A stretch of DNA of 64,000 nt from Zootoca vivipara. Its lineage: Eukaryota. Made by a program: the position numbers and the translations under genes. The notes under the pieces were generated by a model. The model ran no database searches, was not told where the DNA came from, and saw nothing but the letters and a program-made list of their open reading frames with translations. Below, in pieces: positions 27,139-36,897 of the stretch. The DNA lies in the NCBI RefSeq assembly GCF_963506605.1, contig NC_083276.1:47368001-47432000 (forward strand), written 5' to 3'. How positions within the stretch are numbered: position 1 is the stretch's first letter; each line of letters begins with the position of its first letter.

Positions 27139-28953
27139 TCAATGGGAAGAATGGGAAGAATGGGCCTGCTTTTGGCTGATGAGATGGTCTATATCTGGTT
27201 CCATATTGGTCACTGCTAGTCTTAGCAAGTGATGTAAGTGTTCATCTGTCAGTCTTGATCTCGTGGGAGATTTCAGATGTTTCATCCTAGAGAAAGTTTG
27301 CTCGCAGACATATGTGCTGCCAAAGGCCGTTGCAAATCTGAGTGCATGGTTTCTGATGTTTGGATATGTCTCTGAGGGGAGAGATGCGTAGAAATCTGCA
27401 AGGCTGCTTGTCTTGAATGCGTCTTTCAAAGCATCACAAGTTTGCAGTTCAATCAATTCCATTTGGTGAATGGGATCTGCAGTGTCAATGTCCACACAAA
27501 AAGGGTTTCGGAAAAGATGTATGTCCTTTTCATGGATGTGAAGCTCCTTAAATCTTGTTTGGAACTCCTTTTGCAGACTCTCCACTAAATCCACACATGC
27601 TTCTTTTGGGAATGGAACTGTTGGATTTCCCAATGACCGGTTTTGAGTTGTGGGGAGATGAAAAAAGTTTTTCTCCTTCACATGTCTAACAATTAAGTCT
27701 AATTTCCCTTGGAACGCTTTCACATGTGCAAACATTTCACCAATGAGCTTCCCCTTTCCTTGCAATTGAATATTGAAACTGTTCAGTAGCTCGGTTATGT
27801 CAGTCAGAAAGGCAAGCAGCCATTTCCATTCGTCATCTTGGAGCTCTGGCACTTCTCTGTCTTTCATCAGCATAAAATCATAAACTTGAGGAAGTAATTC
27901 GTAGAAACGTTTTAAAACTCTTCCTCGACTCAGCCAACGGACCTCTGTGTGGTATGGTAGATCTTCATGCTCAACATTTAACTCTGACAGAAATTCTTGA
28001 AACTGCCTGTGGTTAAGTGCATGAGCTCTAATGAAGTTCACACAGGACACCACAGTTTTCATGACTGCGTCCAACTTCAGCGATCTTTTGCAACACAGCA
28101 CTTGTTGGTGGATAAGGCAGTGTATTGCTATTGGATGTGGCTGATTGTGTCTGTCCATCTCTTGGTTGATGCGTGCAACCACTCCTCTTGTACGCCCCAC
28201 CATGCTAGGAGCACCATCTGTTGTGATACTGGCAAGTTTAGCCCAGTCCAACTTCAAATCATGGATAGTTTGCTGAACTTTTGCAAAGATATCCTCTCCA
28301 GTCGTTGTTCCCTTGATGCTTTGCAGTGCAGCAAGCTCTTCTGTGAATTCAAACTTTTCATTTGTTCCACGGATGAAAATTAGGAGTTGCGCAGAATCAC
28401 GGATATCTGTGCTTTCGTCCAGTGCCAGCGAGAAGTAACGAAGCTTTTCTGAGGAATTTTGCAAAAGTTCATGCAAATTTCCCCCCATTTCTTCAATCCT
28501 ACGAGTCACTGTGCTTCCAGAAAGACTCAATGTGGAAAACAATTCAGTCTTCTCCGGACACATCTCTTTGGAGGCTGTAAGAATACATTCTTTAACAAAT
28601 TCTCCCTCTACAAAGGGTTTTCCATTGCGGGCTATAAGCCTGGAAATCTGAAAACTTGCTCGCAAAGACGAAATGTTCTCCTGCTTCCGCTTCACAAACA
28701 CATTTTGTTGAGCTGTCAAGGCAGTTTTCAGTCTCGCTATTTCATCTTTTCTTAATTGTCCTGTCAAAGAAGAATATCTATCCTTGTGGTGAGTATTGTA
28801 GTGTCGTTGGATATTGAATTGCTTGAAGACAGACACCGTGTCGTGGCAAATAAGACAAACGCCTCTTTCTTTGTATTGGGTGAAAAAGTAGTCGTATGTC
28901 CACTGTTCGTTGAAAACTCTGCACTCGGAGTCCACTTTTCTTTTACGTGACAT
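27139..28953 (-). CDS. hAT transposase (GTF2IRD2/Buster-like), intact, 604 aa
   Basis: NLS RKRK; BED-type finger CLIC...RHYNTHH; catalytic FSLALDESTD and TTDGAPSM; CxxH (HCLIHQ); EVRWLSRG; FGSTYVCEQTFS with the catalytic E; no stops or frameshifts. Confidence 0.97.
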   Translation of the reverse strand: MSRKRKVDSECRVFNEQWTYDYFFTQYKERGVCLICHDTVSVFKQFNIQRHYNTHHKDRYSSLTGQLRKDEIARLKTALTAQQNVFVKRKQENISSLRASFQISRLIARNGKPFVEGEFVKECILTASKEMCPEKTELFSTLSLSGSTVTRRIEEMGGNLHELLQNSSEKLRYFSLALDESTDIRDSAQLLIFIRGTNEKFEFTEELAALQSIKGTTTGEDIFAKVQQTIHDLKLDWAKLASITTDGAPSMVGRTRGVVARINQEMDRHNQPHPIAIHCLIHQQVLCCKRSLKLDAVMKTVVSCVNFIRAHALNHRQFQEFLSELNVEHEDLPYHTEVRWLSRGRVLKRFYELLPQVYDFMLMKDREVPELQDDEWKWLLAFLTDITELLNSFNIQLQGKGKLIGEMFAHVKAFQGKLDLIVRHVKEKNFFHLPTTQNRSLGNPTVPFPKEACVDLVESLQKEFQTRFKELHIHEKDIHLFRNPFCVDIDTADPIHQMELIELQTCDALKDAFKTSSLADFYASLPSETYPNIRNHALRFATAFGSTYVCEQTFSRMKHLKSPTRSRLTDEHLHHLLRLAVTNMEPDIDHLISQKQAHSSHSSH

Positions 28954-29270
28954 GATTTCCTATGGATGGAAAATTGGTGTCAGTAAAATACCAATAAACT
29001 TAGAAGAGCAAGAAAAATGATAATGGCAACAACTGATTATTTGCCATCGCCCTAACTATTTTATAACCATTCAGGGCTGTCTTAAGAGAAAGCAAAGCAG
29101 CGAATAAAATAAAATATATGTGTATTCTAGGCCCGTCTCTGAAAACTAACTATGCATTGCTAAACTAACACATTATTTCCACTCTGTACTGAGTTAATCC
29201 CTGTGCATGAAAATGTGCATAAAAATGTGCACTGGATATGGCCAAGGGCCATTCCACTGTGCTTGCTTAC

Positions 29271-29396
29271 CTGGTGCCTTGGCGTTTCTCTCTGGGTGGG
29301 CAGCAGAGAGAGAGAGAGTCTCCTCTTTTTAAAAGGTGGAAGGACTGATGGGACGAAGAAGCTGGGGGTGAGGCCTGTGGGAAAGAGAGAAAACAG
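29271..29396 (-). other. predicted non-coding leader exon of the transposase mRNA
   Basis: Acceptors tgactaat...ctttctttcctgcttag (AG at 29398-29397) or ttctctctttcccacag (AG at 29376-29375); donor CAG|GTAAGC (GT at 29270-29269); no ATG. Confidence 0.6.
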
Positions 29397-29662
29397 CTAA
29401 GCAGGAAAGAAAGGGGAACATTAGTCAATTCTGAAGATCTCAGATTTCAAGGCTGCAACTTTAAGTTCATTTCTCAATAAGAAATTTCTTCTCAATTCAG
29501 GGGGACATACTTATGAAAAAATATACATTTGGCAAAGCAGAAAGTGGTTTGTACAAGAGAGAACAGCTCTACAGGGCTTGGCCCTTCTAGAACCAAACAA
29601 GTGACTTTTAACATGAAGAAAGCGAGAAAATACACAAAGCATCTTTTGGCAGATGCGCCTAC

Positions 29663-29745
29663 CCGTACCCAAAAGCTTCGCACTGCCGGAATCTCAGAAG
29701 AAGGAACTCCTGTTCCAAACCTGGGCTGGAACTCCCAAAGGAAGC
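29663..29745 (-). other. predicted non-coding leader exon of the transposase mRNA
   Basis: Acceptor tctaac-cagttttctcccattgcttgtttccag (AG at 29747-29746); donor TGG|GTACGG or CGG|GTAGGC; no ATG. Confidence 0.45.
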
Positions 29746-30069
29746 CTGGAAACAAGCAATGGGAGAAAACTGGTTAGAGATGAGGTGGCATGGGGTAATT
29801 AATAACAGTTGTCTGCTGTGTCTGTGCTTGATGGGTGGTAACAATGCTAAGGCTTGCTTCATGCATGTATCCATTCATGTTGGTGCTGGCCACAACTCAG
29901 GCATGTGGAGGAGCTCCCCACGGAAAAACCACAGATGTGGCTTGAGTATATGTAAGCCAAGTCTAATGCAACACCCTCCCCCTGCCACACTTGAAAGGAA
30001 AGGGAAATGGTGTGCTCAAAGAGGGCTGGTGAGGAGGACATCAGGGGAAGGGTCGTGGGTCGGTGGTGG

Positions 30070-30192
30070 TTAGAGAACATACATTGCATTTCCATGCAGA
30101 ACTGGGAGAGGCCTCCCCCTGAAACCCTGAAGAGCTGGGCTGACAAAACTGGGCTAGATAAATAGTCTGATTCAGCATAAAGAAGCTTCTGT
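30070..30192 (+). mobile_element. decayed SINE relic nested in the hAT leader
   Basis: cctgaaaccctgaagagctg...gacaaaactgggctagat...aatagtctgattcagcataaagaagcttct resembles the reverse complement of 9190-9350. Confidence 0.55.
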
Positions 30193-30527
30193 GCAACTTG
30201 CAGGAAATTGAGAACCTTGTTCATAAAGTGGCAAGTCAAGAGTTGCAAAGAAGCATCTTTTCACTAACTCCCTTTGAGGGTATATATGTGGCAAAGCAAC
30301 AAAGCTCTAACAAACTTAAGTAACGTGGTACCGGCTCTGAGCGAGGCATGTGCAAAGTGCCTTTTCCTCGCCAATGAGATGAACCCTCGAAAAGATCACT
30401 CGCCCCTCTGGTTCGGTTTGGAGAGCTTGCGCTCAGTTTGGGACGGCCAGGTGGGCAAGCCAGCGAGGCTTTGCTTGCCGGCGAGCTTGAGACTCACCCA
30501 GCGCCTTTAATTGTAGAATTTGGCCAG

Positions 30528-31140
30528 GTGGCGACGGAGGGAGCCATTAAGGGGGCCGCGGCAATGGCGGCGGAGGAGGGAGCCACCAGGGCGGCTGCGG
30601 AGGGGGCCATTAAGGTGGCCGCGGCAATGGCGGCGGCGGAGGGGGCCACCAGGGTGGCGGCGGCAATGGCGGCGGCGGCCAGGCGGCGGCGGGGGCCATT
30701 AAGGGGGCCGCGGCAATGGCGGCGGAGGAGGGAGCCACCAGGGCGGCTGCGGAGGGGGCCATTAAGGTGGCCGTGGCAATGGCGGCGGCGGCAATGGCGA
30801 CGGCGGCCAGGCGGCGGAGGGGGCCATTAAGGGGGCCGCGGCAATGGCGGCGGAGGAGGGAGCCACCAGGGCGGCTGCGGAGGGGGCCATTAAGGTGGCC
30901 GCGGCAATGGCGGCGGCGGAGGGGGCCACCAGGGCGGCGGCGGCAATGGCGGCGGCGGCCAGGCGGCGGCGGGGGCCATTAAGGGGGCCGCGGCAATGGC
31001 GGCGGAGGAGGGGGCCACCAGGGCGGCTGCGGAGGGGGCCATTAAGGTGGCCGCGGCAATGGCGGCGGCGGAGGGGGCCACCAGGGCGGCAGCGGCAATG
31101 GCAGCGGCGGAGGGGGCCATTAGGGCGGTGGCCAGGCGGC
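30528..31140. repeat. GC-rich minisatellite (about 4 higher-order units)
   Basis: Anchor ttaagggggccgcggcaatggcgg at 30547, 30699, 30827 and 30979 (spacing 152/128/152); CpGs retained. Confidence 0.95.
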
Positions 31141-31226
31141 CCAGGCCAACTCCTCTTCAAGCGGCAGGTCGGGCCAGCCCAGCTCCGGCGGCGGGAGCGG
31201 CAGCGCGGCTAAGCAGAAACACAGAA

Positions 31227-31230
<4 letters not shown>

Positions 31231-31257
<27 letters not shown>
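31231..31257. repeat. (CA)n microsatellite
   Basis: Directly visible, just inside predicted intron 1 of the transposase leader. Confidence 0.95.
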
Positions 31258-31267
31258 AACCACGTAC

Positions 31268-31510
31268 CTTTCAGCAGGGGCTGCTTGCGGCGGAGGGTGG
31301 AACGGCAGCAAAGAAAGGGGTTTCTCCGGCTGGCTCTGCTCTGGCAAGAAGCGGCTGCTGAAAATGGCGATCGGCCAGCTTTGCACAGCCCCTTTCCTCC
31401 TGTGCACGTGCAGCTGCTGCCCACCCATTGGCTGAAGCACTCCGACTTTTTGATTGGCTGCTGCTGGCCAACCACGATGAAGGAGAGGGGGGAAATGGCG
31501 ACGAAGGAGG
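31268..31510 (-). promoter_or_regulatory. predicted CpG-island promoter and first exon of the transposase
   Basis: Two minus-strand CCAAT boxes (31453-31457, 31427-31431), E-box CACGTG (31405-31410), YY1 motif CGCCATTTT (31361-31369), donor AAG|GTACGT (GT at 31267-31266). Confidence 0.6.
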
Positions 31511-32483
31511 AAAATTGCTCTCGGCTTGGCTCTCGGCTTGAAAAAATTTTTTTTAAGTGCGGGATGGCCATGCTGATCCCCAGACCTTTCGCGGGCCGGA
31601 TTGGAAGGCCAATTGGGCCGCATCCGGCCCGCGGGCCGTAGTCTGGGGACCCCTGTTCTAAGATCAAACAGATTGCACACACATTAGCAGTTGTAGAAGT
31701 TAATCTGCTACTACAATTATACTGCCTGAGTTCAACTGTGCTCCAGCAATGTCAAGGTTGTGCACATTTATCCAATGAAGAAAAGGGCATTGCGATTTAC
31801 CACTGCAATTTATCTTTGTGTGAGTAGAGCACACAGCTATCAGTACTAAGCGTCACAAACCAAACCAGAAAAGGCTGAGGTCATTCCATGACCGGATATC
31901 ACAACGTTGAGGATAGGCAGGAATTAAAACCCAACCTGCCATCTCCAGCTTGCATAAAACTCTAAAGCTTTTGGTACAATGCAAACAAAAACTTCTGGTC
32001 TGCCATGCCTGATTTAGGTTTGGATGTTTAACAAATGCAGAAATAAAGTGGATCCAGCTGAACTTGTATTACAAATTCTTCATTCCTCATAAAGTTGCCT
32101 TCCTGGAACACAAAAAGCACTCAACAGGCACACCAGCACAATAAATTGGGTGATTAAAACTTTTTCAGGTGTTACTTGGAATTGACTGGCATAACACAAT
32201 CAATATACAATTTTGATGTTTCCTAACGAAAGGAACAAACAATTCAGTAGCAAAATGGAGAATACTGATAGTGGATACTAGGAATGAAGCAATTTGAAAT
32301 ATCCTATCAAATGATGGCTAGCGCAATAAATGTCTATGATGATGATTTCCTATCAATATAGTTTGTTCATCTAGTAAGTTTTCTTTCATGTGTTAAAATT
32401 ATTGTTTTAACTTGGGTGGGTGCTGTTTTATTTGGAGACTCGGGTTGTTTATAATTGTTTTCAAATGTTATATGTTAATTTGG

Positions 32484-32703
32484 CCACCTCATGAGAAGAC
32501 TCCCTGGAAAAGACCCTGATGTTGGGAAAGATTGAGGGCACAAGGAGAAGGGGACGACAGAGGATGAGATGGTTGGACAGTGTTCTCGAAGCTACTAGCA
32601 TGAGTTTGACCAAACTGCGGGAGGCAGTGGAAGACAGGAGTGCCTGGCATGCTCTGGTCCATGGGGTCACGAAAAGTCGGACACAACTAAACGACTAAAC
32701 AAC
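32484..32703 (+). mobile_element. BovB 3' fragment inserted in an older LINE tail
   Basis: ccacctcatgagaagactccctgg...aactaaacgactaaacaac; duplication atgttaatttgg (32472-32483, 32704-32715). Confidence 0.93.
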
Positions 32704-33095
32704 ATGTTAATTTGGATTTTTGTATTTGTGGACTGGAGTATTTTTAAGGGCTTTTGTTGGGGATTGTATTGTTTATACATTACTACTGTTGATTGTTTGA
32801 TTATTTTTATTATGTATTTTCTGCTTTGTATATTGTAACTTTGTGTTGCGAACCACCCTGAGACCTATGGGTATAGGGTGGTCTACAAACTGAATCAATA
32901 ATAAAATAATAAATAATAAAATAATAATGATACATATATTTTATGGTGTCAGTTAACTCTGTTAGGGCTGCTTAAGACATTACATCTGGGTGTGGGCATT
33001 AACCTTATACACGTTCCCCTCCTTCCAACCCCTCTTTGTGCATAGAAAGTAAGGCCTGGAAATACTGAAGATAATATTCTTTTTAAAGACTACAT

Positions 33096-33231
33096 CAGGC
33101 ATCCCCAAACTGCGGCCCTCCAGATGTTTTGGCCTACAACTCCCATGATCCCTAGCTTACAGGAAGATGGGTCAGGGAAGATGGGAATTGTAGTCCAAAA
33201 CATCTGGAGGGCTGAAGTTTGGGGATGCCTA
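33096..33231. mobile_element. hAT-Charlie MITE (URR1/MER3-like)
   Basis: TIR CAGGCATCCCCAAACT / AGTTTGGGGATGCCTa; nearly palindromic body with ctacaactccca; 8-bp duplication gactacat (33088-33095, 33232-33239). Confidence 0.92.
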
Positions 33232-34653
33232 GACTACATTGTACTCCTGTGGTAGTTGGTCAGTCCCATGGATGAGATGGCCATCAGAATTGTCTCCCAG
33301 ACCACTCTCTTCACCTCTGAACATAACAGAACTACCAAGTCTCACCCCCCCAAAAAAGTAATGTAAAATAATATCAGAATAAGGTAACTTCTCAGCAAAC
33401 GATTTCAAGATCTTAACATTCACATTCTCCTTTATGAAGCCTTTCTTGAAAAGTTAAGCTTAAAACAACATAATCAAAAAGCAAACAACAGCAGGCAACC
33501 ATGAGTTCAGTCCCTAAGATTTTAAGAATTAGCATTGCTTAATGCGAATTCTTTAGCTGCTGTGTAATAGTGTTCCTTTTGCTCTCTAGAATTTAGACTG
33601 TAAAATGAAATCTTATTTGACATCTGTAAAATGCATTTGCTTCAGGGGTGTTAAACAAAAGCAAACATTTTAAAATAGGAAACTGCTGCCATGGAGCTGT
33701 ACTCTACTCTAAACTATCTACTGCTCTACAGGCAGAGAATACAAATCTCCAAAAGGTAGAGAACTGACTACAATATTGTAAATTCTGAGGTTTGTATGAC
33801 AAAGTATTTTCAAAAGCAAAGCTTTCATGGCAAATTTGAAATGAAAATGGTCAAAGCTGATAGAAAGTACTGAATTGACATCTGGAGCAAAAGCAGTCTC
33901 TAGTTCACATGGAAGATACACTAATGGCTGTGACTGCTGTCTGATGTCTGCCAAACTCTGGAGAATTGTGATTACTCTGAAAGGCTGGTCTCTTGAGGCA
34001 CATACAGGCTTGGTCTTGCTGTTAAAACTGACGGAATGTTATCCACTGTTCTTGCTTTAACGCCACCTTTCTTTTTCAATGCACACCATGTCTTAATTCT
34101 TGCATTAGGAATAGTGGATGTTCCCAACTACTGATACTAACTTTTGTAAGAGCTCTATCAACAGTTATGCACAGGCAAGTACTGTCAACTTCAGTGAGGT
34201 TTGGCCATTTTTGTCTTGTTACAACTTTGTAGACTTAGGATACTGTCATATGGTTGCTTTCATAGGTGATGAGTGCCCAAGACATGCAAACTGTGTAAGG
34301 TCTGTGCTGATCCCTACTATGGAAATGTAAAGTACGAGAAATGGTAGTGGCTCTTCCTATGTATTCCACAGTGTCTCTCTCCTGCTTTCCTCATCCGTAG
34401 CATATATTGTGGGAAACCGCATCGAAAAGTGCTTAATTTTCAATCTTGTATCTGTCGCAAAAGACAGTGTCACTGGTGTGCCTTGTACACTGCATAGCAA
34501 ACCATAAGTAGCAGATGAGTACTTAGTAATAATAGTAGCTTCGCTGACTGAAAGAAAAGGATTGAATCTAGGCATTTGATTATAAGAATGCTTTGTAGAA
34601 GTACAATAGGTCCATTAGATGGAAGTGTTTCAGATCTTTAAAGAATGGATTTC

Positions 34654-34655
<2 letters not shown>

Positions 34656-34694
<39 letters not shown>
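34656..34694. repeat. (TG)n microsatellite
   Basis: Directly visible. Confidence 0.97.
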
Positions 34695-34696
<2 letters not shown>

Positions 34697-35962
34697 AAAG
34701 GTTGACACTGAAATTGTTTTGTAAAAGTGCACACATTGGCTAGTATACTGTGGCCTGGTAAAAGTGTAGTTTTCAATCAGTTATGTCAAAACACATCAGA
34801 ATATTGATCGTACCATATTAGGTGCATAGGTAAGAACATGGAAAAAATGAGCTTTTGTGCGACAAAGGTATTAGGAATGAATTAGGTTTTAAGTCGATTT
34901 TTACAGCTTGGTTTGGAAAAGAACTCTGTGTGAGGGAAACTTCTCAAAGGTTTTGTTCTTCTGGCTCTTAGGTGTTTTCCGTTGCTTTGTGACTGGATGA
35001 GTAGTGATGCAGTTAATCTTTTCTTTTCTTTCTTTCTTGTTGGTGAAAAATAGGTTGAGGAAATGCTTTGTTTTCAAGGGTAGTTGAGCAACTGCACAGC
35101 AAAATCTGCACCGCGGCTTCAGCTTGGAAGATCCCAACAGAAATCACTGGCAAGACTGTCCTGCAGGCCAGATTGGCACTGGGTCTCTCCATGCCACATC
35201 ACCCCTAGTTTACAAGGTATTGAGTATCTCCTAACACCTCCTCCCACTTCCTGTTCTGCTTGGCAGAGAAGGAAGGGAATTGCAGACACAGTCTGAGCAA
35301 AGTCACAGAAAAGCAAACCCATTTAAAACATTCTTGTGGCTTTTCTTCTTTTTACATGCTGGCAACACAAAGGAAAAGAAAGGTTGCTACTGGAAGAGCT
35401 GAGAGAATGTGTAAAATGTACCAAGTACACTAAGGAATAAACACATCATTCTGTAAAAGACACTGTAAACACTTTGCAATTCTTCCCATTTTTATGGGGA
35501 CCCAATCTTGGCAGGTAACACTCTACCTTCTTTGTTTACAAAGTTAATCTGCCAGATTTGTTTACTTTGTCTCATTTACTTAAGACAAATACACTGAGAG
35601 ACTAAATGTCTTATCCAACTCTGGGAAAGGAAAACTAAATGGAGGGTTGTGCTTTATTAGCAGATAAAGTGCAAACATCCATAATCTTACCAAATGAACG
35701 GTGAAGACCTTTGCCCACCATTTACTAAACAACAAAATTAGCCTTGAGTGGCAAATGCTTTAAGAACATTAATCACAGCTAGTACTTAGCTGGCCATAGG
35801 GTTAGCCCTTTCCCAAGCAGAGCTCTACACTTCAAAGATCTGAATTCTTATTAAATACAACATGATCCACTTTGCATATGCTGCTTGCAAATCATCTGCT
35901 TTTAAAAGAGGGCTAACAAACTTAAAATGCCATCGGATTCACACCAAGATTTTGCAACATAC

Positions 35963-35986
35963 TCATTTAGATAAGGTCTTTGTGGC
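35963..35986 (-). other. candidate 24-nt host microexon
   Basis: cctgatcattctattgtcactttttacag|GCCACAAAGACCTTATCTAAATGA|gtatgt; one frame is open (xPQRPYLNx). Supported by splice signals only. Confidence 0.3.
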
Positions 35987-36285
35987 CTGTAAAAAGTGAC
36001 AATAGAATGATCAGGAAAGGCATGGCAGACAATGAAAGCCCAGCCCACTAACAGTATCTGGACTGCCCTTCTGTCTTCCACCTGCAAACTTCAACTTGCT
36101 CACCCTAAGAATCAGGTATTTTGGGACATGAGAGGTAACAGAAGAGATATTATTTAAAAGCAGAAAAGAAAGCAACAATCCCACAGAAGAAACTATAAAT
36201 CTATCCTCCATTTGTAGGGTAGTCAAGACACTGTCAGTCAATAGGAGAGCATTTTTAGTCTCTCCAAAACTGTAATTTTCAACTA

Positions 36286-36674
36286 CAGTGGTACTTTGGT
36301 ATTCAAACAGAATGCATTCCGGGAGTCCATTCGAATCCCAGAACCGTTCGAAAACCAAAGTGCGGTTCCCGATTGGCTGCAGGAGCACCACCTTAAGGAT
36401 CTTGATCAGCAAAAGTCTGGGCCAGATTTTCTTTTAATCATATAGCAAAATATTTCCCATGTCATAATACAGTCATACCTCGGGTTGCGAACGTGATCCG
36501 TGTGGGAGGAACATTCGCAACCCGCCGCGCCGCGTCTGCACAGACGCATGATGCGATTTGGCGCTTCTGCGCATGCACGTGATGTCATTTTGTGTTTCTG
36601 CGCATGCATGAGTGTCGAAACCCGGGTCCGGCGCGGAGCGCAACCCGAAAACACGTAACCCACAGCGTTTGCTG
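36286..36674. mobile_element. two adjacent Tigger-like MITE fragments
   Basis: TA-CAGTGGTAC...(36286) and TA-CAGTCATACCTCGGGTTGCG...(36470) ends; internal gcgcatgc motifs. Confidence 0.6.
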
Positions 36675-36719
36675 TATTAACTATGTTGAGATCAAAATAG
36701 TTTGCATTTAACTCTCCTT

Positions 36720-36842
36720 CATTGGAGGTTTTTTAAGCAGAGGTTGGTCATATGTCATGAATGCTATAGTTGACATTCCTGCATTGCAGAAGGTTGGACT
36801 AAATGACCCTTGGGATCCCTTTCAATGCTATGATTCTATGAA
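36720..36842 (+). mobile_element. CR1-type 3' tail
   Basis: ggaggttttttaagcagaggttgg...cctgcattgcag..ggttggacta.atgaccctt...tgattctatga. Confidence 0.75.
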
Positions 36843-36897
36843 CTCCTTTTAATGTTTTAATAATGATACCACAAAACAAGGTACATGAGTACAAGGT

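Larger units (their letters stand above)
26879..31655 (-). mobile_element. complete autonomous hAT transposon (Charlie/Buster group, OC1/OposCharlie1-like)
   Basis: 16-bp TIRs CAGGGGTCCCCAAACT / CAGGGGTCCCCAGACT (15 of 16 match); flanking duplication ttctaagat; subterminal GGGCCG repeats at both ends; intact transposase ORF. The OC1 assignment is from recalled end and protein sequences. Confidence 0.95.

Noticed and set aside
26879-31655. Calling the transposase a host GTF2IRD2/ZBED gene or SPIN proper
   Set aside because: Intact TIRs and a target duplication show it is a transposon; the ends and N-terminus resemble OC1-type rather than SPIN elements as recalled, so no gene symbol is assigned.
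30438-31682. Ala/Arg/Pro-rich ORFs (MAAEEGATRAAA..., RRRRGPLR...)
   Set aside because: Produced by the GC-rich minisatellite; open in many frames on both strands, and unit lengths of 152 and 128 bp break frame.
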